A stretch of DNA of 64,000 bases from NCBI GenBank assembly GCA_019058315.1, contig JAHPZH010000002.1, positions 768,001 to 832,000 on the forward strand, written 5' to 3'. This document shows positions 1-10,472 of this stretch, piece after piece. The position numbers and the translations under genes were made by a program. The notes under the pieces were generated by a model, which saw only the letters and a program-made list of their open reading frames with translations, made no database searches and had not been told where the DNA came from. Each line of letters starts with the position of its first letter. Position 1 is the first letter of the stretch. The stretch is from Candidatus Helarchaeota archaeon. GTDB lineage: Archaea; Asgardarchaeota; Lokiarchaeia; Helarchaeales; RDOG01.

Positions 1-259
1 AGGATTAATTTATTAAGTATAATATTCTTTTAAATACTTTCTATTCCTTTATAAAGGAAATTCGACAAAAATTTGATTTATATAAATAGAGAATTTTAAC
101 AATATTTAAAAACATTATTAGAAATTTTATTTACTTCATTTTTATTGATATTATTCATTTTATATGATATTCTAGAAAAAAATAGGAATAAATGTTATTG
201 AGAAGAATGTAATTATAGTAAATAAGTTATTAAAATAAAGAAATTCAAGGGTTTTTAAT

Positions 260-1282
260 TTGAAAATCGGTGAATTAGGTGAAATAGGAATTATAAAAAT
301 ATTCCAAGAGGAATTTTCTTCGCTTCCACATATTATATTGGGGCTCAAGACTCCCACGGGAATTTATGAAGATACTGGTGTAATTGATCTTAAGGATGGT
401 AATGTATTAATTGTAACTACTGATTTAATAGGTAAAAAGACACATATGCCTCCAGAAATGACACCTAGACAAATGGGAAGAAAATCTGTGATTGTTAATA
501 TTAGTGATTTAGCTGCCATGGGAGCGAAACCCTTAGGTTTGGTTATGAGTATAGGACTTCCAAGTGATTTAGATGCTGAAGATCTTAAAGAAATTGCAAT
601 TGGAATGAACCAAGCCGCAGAAGAGTATGAAACTTGTGTATTTGGAGGGGATACTAACATGACTGATGATGTTATATTAGCTGGGACTGCAATTGGAATT
701 ATTAAAAAGGAAGATTTATTAACTAGACATTCAGCAAAGCCAGGTGATATTGTTGCTGTAACTGGGTATTTAGGTTCTTCGGCAGCAGGATTACAGATTT
801 TGATGCAAAACTTAGCCGTAAGTCCTGAAATTAAGAAAAAATTAACTAAATACACGTTAGAACCTAAGGCGCAATTAAAAATTGCAATGGAATTGAGTAA
901 AATCAAAGGAATAACGGCTTCTGGAGATATTACGGACGGGTTAGCTTGGGAACTCCACAAAGTTGCAGCAGCAAGTGGTTGTGGTATAAAAATTGAAGAA
1001 ATCAAACTCCCCACTCTCCAAGAAACTAAAAAAGTCTCAAAAGAGTTTGATCTGGATCTACTGGAACTTATTATGCATATTGGAGAAGATTTCGAGTTAA
1101 TATTAACAATTAACCCAAAAAAATGGGAAAAAGTTCAAGAAATTAGTAAAAAAAATAATATTAAAATAAGTCAAATAGGTCATGTCACAGATAAAAAAAA
1201 TGAAGTAACTATGTTAGATAAAAATGGAAATCTAATTAATCTCAAAAAGAAAGGATATGATCAATTTTTAACTCGGAGTTGA
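260..1282 (+). CDS. thiL: thiamine-monophosphate kinase
   Basis: N-terminal GE-x-x-x-I, NISDLAAMGA, GGDT and DITDGL motifs typical of ThiL. Confidence 0.92.
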   Translation: MKIGELGEIGIIKIFQEEFSSLPHIILGLKTPTGIYEDTGVIDLKDGNVLIVTTDLIGKKTHMPPEMTPRQMGRKSVIVNISDLAAMGAKPLGLVMSIGLPSDLDAEDLKEIAIGMNQAAEEYETCVFGGDTNMTDDVILAGTAIGIIKKEDLLTRHSAKPGDIVAVTGYLGSSAAGLQILMQNLAVSPEIKKKLTKYTLEPKAQLKIAMELSKIKGITASGDITDGLAWELHKVAAASGCGIKIEEIKLPTLQETKKVSKEFDLDLLELIMHIGEDFELILTINPKKWEKVQEISKKNNIKISQIGHVTDKKNEVTMLDKNGNLINLKKKGYDQFLTRS

Positions 1283-1288
1283 TATTCC

Positions 1289-2287
1289 ATTTCACTTCAA
1301 TCAAAAAATCGAAATATTATAGCAAAATTATACGCCCAAGCATATGATGCATTTGAAGCAAAGGATTATAAGAAAGCTATTGGTTTTTGGAAAAAAGCGA
1401 TTAAAAAATGTAAAAAAATTAGTGATAATGAACTATTAGCAAAACTGCATTTAGGATTAGGAATGGGATATACTCAAGATAGAGAGTTTGAAAATGCATT
1501 AATAAATTTTCAAAAAGCTCTAGAATTATATAAAAAGACTAAAAATTCGTTAAAACAAGCCCATAGTTTGTATTTTATTGGAAAGATGTATTTAAAATTA
1601 AAAAATTATGAAATTGCAAATCAAAATTATAATGAAGCTTTAGATATTGCTCAAAATTTGAAAAATCAAGAATTAAAAGCTGATATTTTATTTGATAAAG
1701 CTTCAGTGGCGAGTTCTCAAAAGAAATTCAATAAAAGCTTGAACATTTATAGGCAAACACTTAAAATTTATAAAAAAATTGATAATACTGTCGAACAAGG
1801 AGAAACATTATTCGAAATTGGTAAGATTTTAAGAGAAATGGATGAGGAACATTATCAAGAAGCGTTAAAGAATTTTAAAAATGCATTAAAAATTATGGTG
1901 AGAGAAAGAAAGCTTAAAAACGAGATAGATTGCAGAATTCAAATTGCAGATCTCCTTATACTTACAGATCAGCCAGAAGAGGCCTTAGATTATTATCAAA
2001 AAGCAATAAAGAAGAGCAAAGCAAGCAAAAATATATTAGGAGAGGTTGAAGCATACTTTGGCAAGGGAAAAGCTTTATTTGAACTAAAAAAATACAAAGA
2101 AGCTATTAGGCTCTTTCAATTGGCTTATGATTTTTATCAAAAAATTAAATATTTAAAGGGTGAGGTTGCTGCTCTTACGTATCTAAGTAACTCATATGAA
2201 AAATTAGGGGACGCCGAATTGACAAAAAAATTTAAAAAATTAGCCCAAGAACAATCAAAAAAATTAGAGAAAATAAATAAAAGTTAA
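1289..2287 (+). CDS. tetratricopeptide repeat protein (start extended from ATG 1463 to a probable ATT at 1289)
   Basis: Multiple TPR consensus repeats; frame is open and TPR-like (AYDAFEAKDYKKAIGFWKKA) upstream of 1463; SD-like GGAGTTGA at 1275-1282. Confidence 0.75.
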   Translation: MSLQSKNRNIIAKLYAQAYDAFEAKDYKKAIGFWKKAIKKCKKISDNELLAKLHLGLGMGYTQDREFENALINFQKALELYKKTKNSLKQAHSLYFIGKMYLKLKNYEIANQNYNEALDIAQNLKNQELKADILFDKASVASSQKKFNKSLNIYRQTLKIYKKIDNTVEQGETLFEIGKILREMDEEHYQEALKNFKNALKIMVRERKLKNEIDCRIQIADLLILTDQPEEALDYYQKAIKKSKASKNILGEVEAYFGKGKALFELKKYKEAIRLFQLAYDFYQKIKYLKGEVAALTYLSNSYEKLGDAELTKKFKKLAQEQSKKLEKINKS

Positions 2288-2447
2288 TTATTTTAGAATG
2301 AAATTTGAGAAAAATTATTTATAATAAACTAATTTTTGTATTATCGATGATTTTTTTAAGATCTAATAAAAAAAATAATTGTTAATAACTGAAAATTTTT
2401 ATATTAATGAGTAGTTAAATAAAATATTTACAAAAGAGGTAAATATC

Positions 2448-3167
2448 ATGTCACAAGACGTTGACGAAGTTATTTTGAGGACTTATCCAAAGATAATCTT
2501 TTTCTGGCCAACAGCCTTAGCAAGCGCAATTTTAGGTATGATTGGTCAACTTAGCCCAGCTTTCAACCCAGGAATATGGCAGACGCTATTTATCGATATG
2601 GGGTTTCAAATCGATTGGAGAATAATATTAGGTCTTATATGGTTTGCTAACTTCGCGGGAAATCTGTTCGTTGTTTCCTTTGAATATAATAGCGCAAAAG
2701 TTGTAGCAATAGTTCTTGCTGTAGTAGTTGGGGTGCTAGTGGTAATATTGGTGATGGCTTATGCACCAAATGCGAGTCAAAATCTTCCGACATTTTCAAT
2801 AAATGACTTTCCTCTAACCATGTCATGGGCTTTTTATTACTCTATCGCCGGATTACTTGGAATTACTTTTGCTTTTATTTGGATTGAAAAGCGTTGGGAT
2901 TATTATAAAATAACATCACAAGACATTGTCCACAAATCTGGTATATTCGGAGATTTAGAAAGATTCCCTGCCCCTAATATTCATATTCACAAGAGAATTT
3001 CGGATGTTTTTGAATATTTATTGTTAAAATCTGGTGAATTGACAATTATACCTGCACAACGGACTTCAGTAATTCATCTACCTAATGTGCTTAACATCAA
3101 TGAAATTGAAAAAAATATACACGAAGTACTTGGGACTCTAGAGGTAGAAATGGACGATAACACCTAA
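2448..3167 (+). CDS. membrane protein with C-terminal bacterial PH (bPH_2/YdbS-like) domain
   Basis: About 4 hydrophobic segments, then YKITSQDIVHKSGIFG...SGELTI pattern; close paralogue at 20225. Confidence 0.6.
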   Translation: MSQDVDEVILRTYPKIIFFWPTALASAILGMIGQLSPAFNPGIWQTLFIDMGFQIDWRIILGLIWFANFAGNLFVVSFEYNSAKVVAIVLAVVVGVLVVILVMAYAPNASQNLPTFSINDFPLTMSWAFYYSIAGLLGITFAFIWIEKRWDYYKITSQDIVHKSGIFGDLERFPAPNIHIHKRISDVFEYLLLKSGELTIIPAQRTSVIHLPNVLNINEIEKNIHEVLGTLEVEMDDNT

Positions 3168-3268
3168 TTTAATCTTTGGATAGTTAAAATTTCTATTATT
3201 TTTATTTTTTTTAAACTAAAGAAGTAACTTAATTTCAAACTTCTACTAAATTATTAAAGTATTTACTA

Positions 3269-3880
3269 TCATACCTCACTAGATAATGTTTCTAGTGCTA
3301 GTTCTAACCTATCATCATTGGTTCCATCTAATTCAGTTACCTCTAGATTCCATTCTTTAATAAGTTCTTTAATTATTTGATCAATTTCTTTTTGGAATTG
3401 TTTTGTGGTATCTCTAAATCCATCATCCTCTAATTTCTTCTTAGGTATTTTTGCATAGAATAAGAAATTATACGTTTTTGCCCAATGTTGGCTTTTTATT
3501 CGCAATATTTCTAGATCATCTTTTGAGATTTTGCCCATTTTGGAAGCTCTTAATGCATATGCATAATTATCAATAGTTGTCCTGTCTGTTACTATTACAT
3601 TATATCGCTCATGTTTTTCTATTTCATCGATTATCTGTTTATTAAGAATCCAATACTGTGATAGAAAATTCGTCATTTGATTAATTGGAAAAGGGCATTC
3701 TCTAACTGATTCTTCTACAAAACCTACAAAAAGATGCTTGCTTTTTAATTTGGAACAAAGTGAAAAAGCTAAAGTGGTTTTACCAGTATCATGTGTTCCT
3801 AAAACGCCTATCTTTAGTTTTTTATGAGCTGTTAGGTATTCTATGATTCTTTTTTGAATGGGTGCGATTTTACTGGGCAA
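3269..3880 (-). CDS. P-loop kinase/ATPase (AAA_28 / NadR-like, thymidylate-kinase-like)
   Basis: Walker A GTHDTGKTT, TDRT motif, DDGFR. Confidence 0.7.
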   Translation of the reverse strand: MPSKIAPIQKRIIEYLTAHKKLKIGVLGTHDTGKTTLAFSLCSKLKSKHLFVGFVEESVRECPFPINQMTNFLSQYWILNKQIIDEIEKHERYNVIVTDRTTIDNYAYALRASKMGKISKDDLEILRIKSQHWAKTYNFLFYAKIPKKKLEDDGFRDTTKQFQKEIDQIIKELIKEWNLEVTELDGTNDDRLELALETLSSEV

Positions 3881-4053
3881 TTATAAATCAGACCTACTAA
3901 AGCAAGTTTTTAATTTTACTTTATCTTATAATATTTTTTAATTAGGTCAATATAATTAAAGGGTATTTTGCCAATTAATAAAAATTAAATTAATAATATT
4001 TGATTATTTTTAGGATATAAAAATTACAAAACCACAATATTAATGGTGATTAA

Positions 4054-4971
4054 ATGGCACAATATGAAACTCCTCAAAAAATATTTGAAATAAATGGAAT
4101 AAAATTTGGGGGTAAAGTTGGTGAAACTCCAATCGTTTTGATAGGAAGTATTTTTTATAAAAATCATAACATTCTTGAAGATCCTAAAAAAGGTATTTTT
4201 GATAAAAAAAAGGCTGAATCTTTGATTAATGCACAAGAAGAAATCTCAGATAAGACAGGTCTTCCACATGTAATTGATATCGGAGCGGAATATTCTGAAG
4301 CTATAATTAAATACATTGATTTTGTTACAAGTATTACTGATGCTACATTTTGTCCTGATGGGCCAACCCCTGAAATTAATATTCCAGCTGTGAATCATAT
4401 TGGCGAGGTAGGTTTGTCAGATAGGGTGATATATAATTCAATTGATCCGCACACTAAAGAAGAAGAGCTAAATGCAATAAAAAATGCGAAAATAACATCA
4501 GCTATATTATTAACCTTTCATTCAAAGTATATTTTTCCAGCAAAAAAAGTAAAATTATTAGAAGGTGATGAAAACATTGAGGGGTTATTAGTAAAAGCTG
4601 AAAGAGCTGGAATAGATAAACCATTAATCGATACCGCAACTTTGGATGTTCCTTCAGTTGGTATATGTGCGAGAACTATTAAATTAATAAAAGAAGAACT
4701 TGGCTTACCCGCTGGTGCAGGAGCCCATAATGCACTACATACATGGACTAGGAAAAAGGAATTCGGAGATGCTGTTAAATCAATAAGTAATGTAATTATT
4801 AATACTATACCTCAAGCTGTGGGTGCAGATTTCTTATTAATTGGTCCTATTGACCGAGCTAAGGAAATTTTCCCAACAATTGCGCTTAATGATGTAGTAC
4901 TTAATTATATTGCAGCAAGAATTGATAGAATAAAAGTTGATAGAACAGGTCCAATCTCAAAAATATTTTAA
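4054..4971 (+). CDS. mtrH: tetrahydromethanopterin S-methyltransferase subunit H family protein
   Basis: QKIFEINGIKFGG..GE.P.VLIGSIFY N-terminus, YNSI, LIDTA, GLPAGAGAHNA, GADFLLIGPI. Confidence 0.85.
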   Translation: MAQYETPQKIFEINGIKFGGKVGETPIVLIGSIFYKNHNILEDPKKGIFDKKKAESLINAQEEISDKTGLPHVIDIGAEYSEAIIKYIDFVTSITDATFCPDGPTPEINIPAVNHIGEVGLSDRVIYNSIDPHTKEEELNAIKNAKITSAILLTFHSKYIFPAKKVKLLEGDENIEGLLVKAERAGIDKPLIDTATLDVPSVGICARTIKLIKEELGLPAGAGAHNALHTWTRKKEFGDAVKSISNVIINTIPQAVGADFLLIGPIDRAKEIFPTIALNDVVLNYIAARIDRIKVDRTGPISKIF

Positions 4972-4997
4972 TTATTTATTTTTTTGATGAATTTGGT

Positions 4998-6347
4998 TTG
5001 AAGAAATTTCTATTCGTACTTGGAAAAAATCAGATAGTATCTTTATGTGAGATTTCACATCTTCTACAATTTGAACCTTACAAAGGTAAAATTATTGATT
5101 ATTCAAAACAAATTGGAATTATAGAATTTGAGGAAATAAAAAAAACGGAATCGCTTCGTGAATTACAATATAGGTTAGGTGGTATCCAAAAAATTTGTGA
5201 AATTATTGGAGATTATCCTAAGAAGATCTTTATTGAAGGATTTCCTATTCAAAAGCAGCCAAAAAAATTTAAGAGAGCCAGAACTTCCATAGAAAACGAT
5301 TTAATCCCTAAAATATTACCCCACATTTTTCTCAATATACAAAATAAGAAAATAATGTTTGCAATAAGTGTTTATCCTTACCTTTTCTCAAAACCTGAAG
5401 TGAGTATTGGACATCTCATTCAATTCTTAAATCAATTTATAAAAAATCATCTAAAAAAAGATTTAAATAACGTTAAATATTTCAAATATCCCGATAACCT
5501 TTTAAAATCTAAAAATTTGAACCCTATTTGGCCTCATCATGTTTTGGTTTACTCATTGTTAGAATTTCCAAATGCTGAAATAATTTTAGGGTTTACTAAA
5601 AGCAAGTGCTATATAGCAAAAACAATTGCTGTTGATAACCCTAATTTGAGGAAAGCAATCGATGAACACCGTCCCAAGACTCGGTTCGAAATCTCTATTC
5701 CCCCAAAACTCGCCAAAGTTCTTATTAATCTTTTATATTTACCTAAAAATGGTCTTTTGTTAGATCCTTTTTGTGGAACTGGGACGATTTTAATGATGGC
5801 TGCATTACAGGGGATTAATTTTTATGGAACTGATATAAACAAAGACCGAATAGAAGCTTCTATAAATAATCTCAATTGGCTAAAGAGAGAATTTAATTTA
5901 AATTTTCAATTAGATGCGAAAAATGTTTTTAATCTAGATTCTACAAAATTAGATTCGCATTTTAAAGAAAATTCAGTAGATGGAATAGCAACTGAGCCAT
6001 TTTTAGGCCCACCATTAAAATCTCCTCTTTTAAAAACTGAATATCAAAAAATAATCGATGAAGAAATTAAACCACTTTATGAAAAATCTTTGCTTAGCAT
6101 GAAAAGAATCCTAAAGAATAATGGTAATATAGCAATAATTTCTCCTGTATATAGAGAAATTGATAATAAATTAGTGGATTTCAATCTCTCAAAAATTGCT
6201 AAAAATATGGGTTTAAAAATAATAAAACTCTTACCACTTTCAAGGTTTGGTATTCAAAAAGAAATTAAATATAATAAGAATGCAGTTTTAATAAGAAAAG
6301 ATCAATATGTAATGCGAAAAATAAATTTATTCAAAAAAATTGAATAA
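4998..6347 (+). CDS. Trm11/TrmG10-like tRNA (guanine-N2) methyltransferase
   Basis: SIPPKLAKVLINL, LLDPFCGTGT SAM-binding motif, IATEP. Confidence 0.7.
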   Translation: MKKFLFVLGKNQIVSLCEISHLLQFEPYKGKIIDYSKQIGIIEFEEIKKTESLRELQYRLGGIQKICEIIGDYPKKIFIEGFPIQKQPKKFKRARTSIENDLIPKILPHIFLNIQNKKIMFAISVYPYLFSKPEVSIGHLIQFLNQFIKNHLKKDLNNVKYFKYPDNLLKSKNLNPIWPHHVLVYSLLEFPNAEIILGFTKSKCYIAKTIAVDNPNLRKAIDEHRPKTRFEISIPPKLAKVLINLLYLPKNGLLLDPFCGTGTILMMAALQGINFYGTDINKDRIEASINNLNWLKREFNLNFQLDAKNVFNLDSTKLDSHFKENSVDGIATEPFLGPPLKSPLLKTEYQKIIDEEIKPLYEKSLLSMKRILKNNGNIAIISPVYREIDNKLVDFNLSKIAKNMGLKIIKLLPLSRFGIQKEIKYNKNAVLIRKDQYVMRKINLFKKIE

Positions 6348-6377
6348 GATTTAATTCAAAATTTATGTGAGAAAAAA

Positions 6378-6668
6378 ATGACAACTGTTAAAGAAGAAAA
6401 AAAACTAAATAAACTATCTATTGATATTTTTGTCCCTTTAGATACATGTTCATGCGTTTATGAAAGTTTTATTCAACGAGTTTTTACAATTTTGTTGGAT
6501 TATATGGATAAAATAACATTTCAAACTAAATCGTTACATTCTGAAGAGGCCCGTAAACTTGGATTATTAGAAAATTGTGTTGTATTAGATGGAAAAAAAA
6601 TCATTACTAATTCCTTTTTTCTTAAAAAGGAAATACCAAAATTATTGAAAGAAAAAAATTTGATATAA
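6378..6668 (+). CDS. small thioredoxin-like / ArsD-like protein with CxC motif
   Basis: IDIFVPLDTCSC after a beta strand; VVLDG near the C-terminus. Confidence 0.45.
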   Translation: MTTVKEEKKLNKLSIDIFVPLDTCSCVYESFIQRVFTILLDYMDKITFQTKSLHSEEARKLGLLENCVVLDGKKIITNSFFLKKEIPKLLKEKNLI

Positions 6669-6841
6669 TTTAAAATAAAGTTGATATATTGATTGATTTT
6701 TATATCCCTAAAACTTATTTTAATGGACAAATGGTCAGAAAAAAAATAAATATTAAATCGAAATCTCTCAAAATCTATTTTTAACCAGATAATTTCTATT
6801 CTATGTATTTTATGTTTGTTTAGCAAAAAATTAAGTAAAAT

Positions 6842-7924
6842 TTATTCAGATAGAAGTATTATTCTTTCTAATAATATTTCCTTGGATAAATTATAATCAA
6901 CAGCGGTACTTATTTGAATTAAATCTCTAAGTTGAAATTTTTTTAAGAGAATGAAGGTTAGAGGAGCACTTATACTAAAAGTTGATTCAATTTTTAATTT
7001 TTCAACTAATTGGAAAGACTTTTGATAAAAATTTCTTTCTAAATAATTTAAAATATCAAAATATGAGTTAGTTGAATCTGGAAAAGATAAGAACAAATTC
7101 GTTTCTCTGAAATTACTAGTCCTAATTAAATCCAAGAGACTTGATACAGTATCAACAGTAAGAAGTGTATTAAGAATCTTTAACATTTTAGAAGAAGTAG
7201 TGGGAATAAAAAATTCAGAAATTTCATCATTTGTTAAATTAAAGGATTTTCCTCTGAATAAAATCATATAATTAAAGTATTCTATCAAAATATTCAAGTA
7301 TTGTGAGGCAATTAGCTTATCAGATCTTGATAATTGACCTAAACCACGTTCCATTTTAACAATTTGTCCATAATCTAAAAATGTATTAATATATAAAAGG
7401 GAATTAGTTTCTCGATATTTTTTTTCTGCTTTTTTAATGAATTCTCCATATTCTGTCTTTTTTAATAAATTAAATATAATTTTGAAATCGTTTTCCTTTA
7501 TTATTCTATTAAAAATTTCTTTATTACCAGTATAATCTTCTATTTGCCAGTGAATTTTATCAGAAATTTCTGAAATACTTTTGTTTATCAGTTTTGATCT
7601 TAACACAGTTTTTAAATTTTCAATTTCAAACTCGATTAAAAAATTCATTAAAAAAGATCTGGCACTATAAGGTGAATTTTGAATTATTTTATTCACTTTT
7701 GCAATGAAATCTTCATGGAATATAAAATGCATTCTCTCGAGATCAATGGATGGGGCTATTTTTGACAATTTTGGGTAATAACTTACCAAATTTTTTCTCA
7801 ATTCAATTAGATTTCTTGAATTAGTTAGCTCGAGTAACTGTTCTTTTGATATTAAAAATTTATTTTCAATTGCTATGAGGGGTAGAACATAATCATAAAG
7901 AGTAATGATTTTTTCATTTATCAT
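6842..7924 (-). CDS. atpC: A/V-type ATPase subunit C (d-like)
   Basis: FEIENLKTVLRSK motif, ~360 aa, last gene of the ATPase operon. Confidence 0.8.
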   Translation of the reverse strand: MINEKIITLYDYVLPLIAIENKFLISKEQLLELTNSRNLIELRKNLVSYYPKLSKIAPSIDLERMHFIFHEDFIAKVNKIIQNSPYSARSFLMNFLIEFEIENLKTVLRSKLINKSISEISDKIHWQIEDYTGNKEIFNRIIKENDFKIIFNLLKKTEYGEFIKKAEKKYRETNSLLYINTFLDYGQIVKMERGLGQLSRSDKLIASQYLNILIEYFNYMILFRGKSFNLTNDEISEFFIPTTSSKMLKILNTLLTVDTVSSLLDLIRTSNFRETNLFLSFPDSTNSYFDILNYLERNFYQKSFQLVEKLKIESTFSISAPLTFILLKKFQLRDLIQISTAVDYNLSKEILLERIILLSE

Positions 7925-8228
7925 TAATAACCTCTCTAAAACCTGATTCTACTGCGGTATTGATATTTTTTTTAGCATCTTCAATCTCTGATTTAATATT
8001 TTTCATATTTTGCTCCAATTTATTGTTTTTATAATCTTCTAATTCTTTAAATGTTTTTTTAATTAAGTCATTTGCTTGTTTTTTAGCTTGACTTATTCTA
8101 TTGTTATATTGTATTAAAGAATCTTCTTTTGCTTTTTTGATTATTTCTTGTTTTTTATCTAATGTTTTCTGAATTTCTTGTTCATATTTATTATCACTTT
8201 CTTTGATAAATTTCCATATATCTTGCAT
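7914..8228 (-). CDS. atpH: A/V-type ATPase peripheral stalk subunit G/H
   Basis: 104-aa charged coiled coil inside the operon; AAGGTGA SD. Confidence 0.65.
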   Translation of the reverse strand: MQDIWKFIKESDNKYEQEIQKTLDKKQEIIKKAKEDSLIQYNNRISQAKKQANDLIKKTFKELEDYKNNKLEQNMKNIKSEIEDAKKNINTAVESGFREVINDK

Positions 8229-8237
8229 TATATCACC

Positions 8238-10007
8238 TTATTTTTTTATCATTTTCATATTTATATGAGAAATTTCCGGTAATTTAAACGGTCTAAATTC
8301 AATTCCATTTCCTTCATAAAATTTACTAAACCATTCATAAAAGTGAAGACGAAGAGCATGAGCTGCTACTATTACAACTTCCAATAATACTGTAAATGCA
8401 GTACCAATTCCAAGAATTATTCCATAAATTAAGATATTATCGAAAGTGGAACCAATTGCTTGAAATGCCTCATTAAGACCATAATGTATCATTATCAAAG
8501 CAAAAATTCGTGCATATGAAGGAAGATTAGTTAAAATACTTAAACCAACTTCCCATGTACGTAATGCAGATTCTCCAATTAATGTCGTTGTCTTTTTCTT
8601 TTTTCTTAAAATTGAATTTAATGGGGTCCCGATAAAAAGAAAAATTAAGGGGATTAAAATTAATAAGATGGGGGGTAAATTTAATAAATACCGGGATGGA
8701 GCGAAATAATTGCCAATATTAAATCCAAAAAAGAATAAACTAATAACAACACCAGTTAATATAAGAAATGAAGGGAATGAAATTAACCATGCTGCATATT
8801 TTTCTTCTCTATTATAATAATTTGCAAATTGAATAATAAAGCCTGAACTAATTTGAATATAACCAATTAAAATAGCTATTTTAAGCATAAAAGTAATATT
8901 ATCTATTACTCCTTCATAATGCCCAAGTCCTTCGGAAAAAATATCAATATAAAACCCCTGATGGGGAAATGGTAACAAAGGTTGAAAACCTGGCCATATA
9001 TCTGAAATATAAAAGCCAAAAAATTCACCATAAATAAACCCTGCTAAAATTGAACCTATTCCACAATAAAATAAAATTTTTGGAATAGTTCGTTTAGTTT
9101 TTAAAGCAATTATAGCACTTCCTATCATTAAGATAAATCCTTGACCAATATCTCCAAACATTAGGCCAAAAATTAGAGGAAATGTAATTGCAATTAGTTT
9201 TGTTGGATCAAATTCATAATAATTAGGAACTCCATAAAGCTTAACGAGCCGAACAAAAGGCTCTAAAACTCTGGAGTGCTTAAAAACTGTCGGAGGAAAT
9301 TCTCTTGTTTCAATTTTTTTTTTTCTTGTTGGTTTTTCTCTTAAAATGATACACTTTTTTGAAGTTATTTCTTGAATTCTACTTTCTAATTCGGAGACAT
9401 TTTTTGAGATGACCCAACAACTTATTATGGAAAATAATGTTGTATGCGTTATATTTTGGGTTGCATCCAAATAAGGAACCAAAAATGATAAATTTCTTTT
9501 ATATGTTAGAATCTCATTATGATATTTTTTAGCTAAGTCTTTTAAATCTAGTTCAAATTCAGTTTTTTCTTTCAATAATAATGAAATCTTTTTATTATCG
9601 TTATGATTCCTTGTTAATTTTTCATATTCTTTTTCTTTTTCAATAATTTCTGATAAATCACGTTCAATGGTCATTTCAATTTCTTCGATATCATAAATTT
9701 CTTTTTCTATAATATCAATCCGTGTTTTATATTCTTCTAGAATTATATCAAGATTTTTTAGATCAATATCTGTAATTTCAATTTTTGATGAGGTATTATT
9801 TTCTATCTTTAATTTTTTAATTATTTTAGATACACGTTCATTAAGAGATTTAAATTCAGAAAAATAATCTTTGACTTTTTCTTTATTAGACTGTTTTTCT
9901 TTACTATCAATTATTTGACAATAACCTAATTGTCCAATTTTCACTAAAACTTCTTTAAAATATTGTTTAGGAAATACCAATACCACTTTTTCTAATTTTT
10001 GCGTTAT
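8238..10007 (-). CDS. atpI: A/V-type ATPase subunit I (a); probable ATA start at 10007
   Basis: YGVPNYYEFDPT, FGLMFGDIGQG, SYARIFAL (essential Arg), LRLHFYEWFSKFY; GGAGG 6 nt upstream of ATA. Confidence 0.92.
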   Translation of the reverse strand: MTQKLEKVVLVFPKQYFKEVLVKIGQLGYCQIIDSKEKQSNKEKVKDYFSEFKSLNERVSKIIKKLKIENNTSSKIEITDIDLKNLDIILEEYKTRIDIIEKEIYDIEEIEMTIERDLSEIIEKEKEYEKLTRNHNDNKKISLLLKEKTEFELDLKDLAKKYHNEILTYKRNLSFLVPYLDATQNITHTTLFSIISCWVISKNVSELESRIQEITSKKCIILREKPTRKKKIETREFPPTVFKHSRVLEPFVRLVKLYGVPNYYEFDPTKLIAITFPLIFGLMFGDIGQGFILMIGSAIIALKTKRTIPKILFYCGIGSILAGFIYGEFFGFYISDIWPGFQPLLPFPHQGFYIDIFSEGLGHYEGVIDNITFMLKIAILIGYIQISSGFIIQFANYYNREEKYAAWLISFPSFLILTGVVISLFFFGFNIGNYFAPSRYLLNLPPILLILIPLIFLFIGTPLNSILRKKKKTTTLIGESALRTWEVGLSILTNLPSYARIFALIMIHYGLNEAFQAIGSTFDNILIYGIILGIGTAFTVLLEVVIVAAHALRLHFYEWFSKFYEGNGIEFRPFKLPEISHINMKMIKK

Positions 10008-10052
10008 TTTAAACCTCCAAAAAAAAGGAAATTTATAATTGATTTTATCTTT

Positions 10053-10463
10053 CTATATTTTCGTCCATAGTAGAATACCCATTATAAGCCCATAAATTGC
10101 CAAAGCTTCTGCTAAAGAGACAATTAAAAAAGCTTTTCCAAAGTTCTCTTCTTTTTCAGTAATGGCACTTATTGCTGAGGTTCCAACATGAGCTATAGCA
10201 TATCCTGCTCCAATAGTGCTACCTGCAACTGCAATGGCTGCAGACAAAGCATAATTACCCTTATTCGCTTCTCCAACTATAGGTATTAGAAAAGGAATAT
10301 AGTCGGTTGGTGCTTGCATCGTCGAGACTCCAGATGAACTAGAGTCAAAAACTGGAACTAGAACAAAGAGACTTACTGATACAGCATTTATTATCAATAT
10401 TGCAAATAATAGAACACAATATAATACAAATACACTAGCTATTTTTTTCATGATATTCACCAT
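10053..10463 (-). CDS. atpK: A/V-type ATPase proteolipid subunit K (c)
   Basis: GAGYAIA...LAEALAIYG with ion-binding Glu; true start may be ATG 10451. Confidence 0.9.
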   Translation of the reverse strand: MVNIMKKIASVFVLYCVLLFAILIINAVSVSLFVLVPVFDSSSSGVSTMQAPTDYIPFLIPIVGEANKGNYALSAAIAVAGSTIGAGYAIAHVGTSAISAITEKEENFGKAFLIVSLAEALAIYGLIMGILLWTKI

Positions 10464-10472
10464 CCTTTATTC

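Noticed and set aside
1280-1282. Selenocysteine codon at the thiL stop
   Set aside because: ThiL is complete at this point, there is no redox motif context and no SECIS was recognised; an SD plus ATT start explains the open frame
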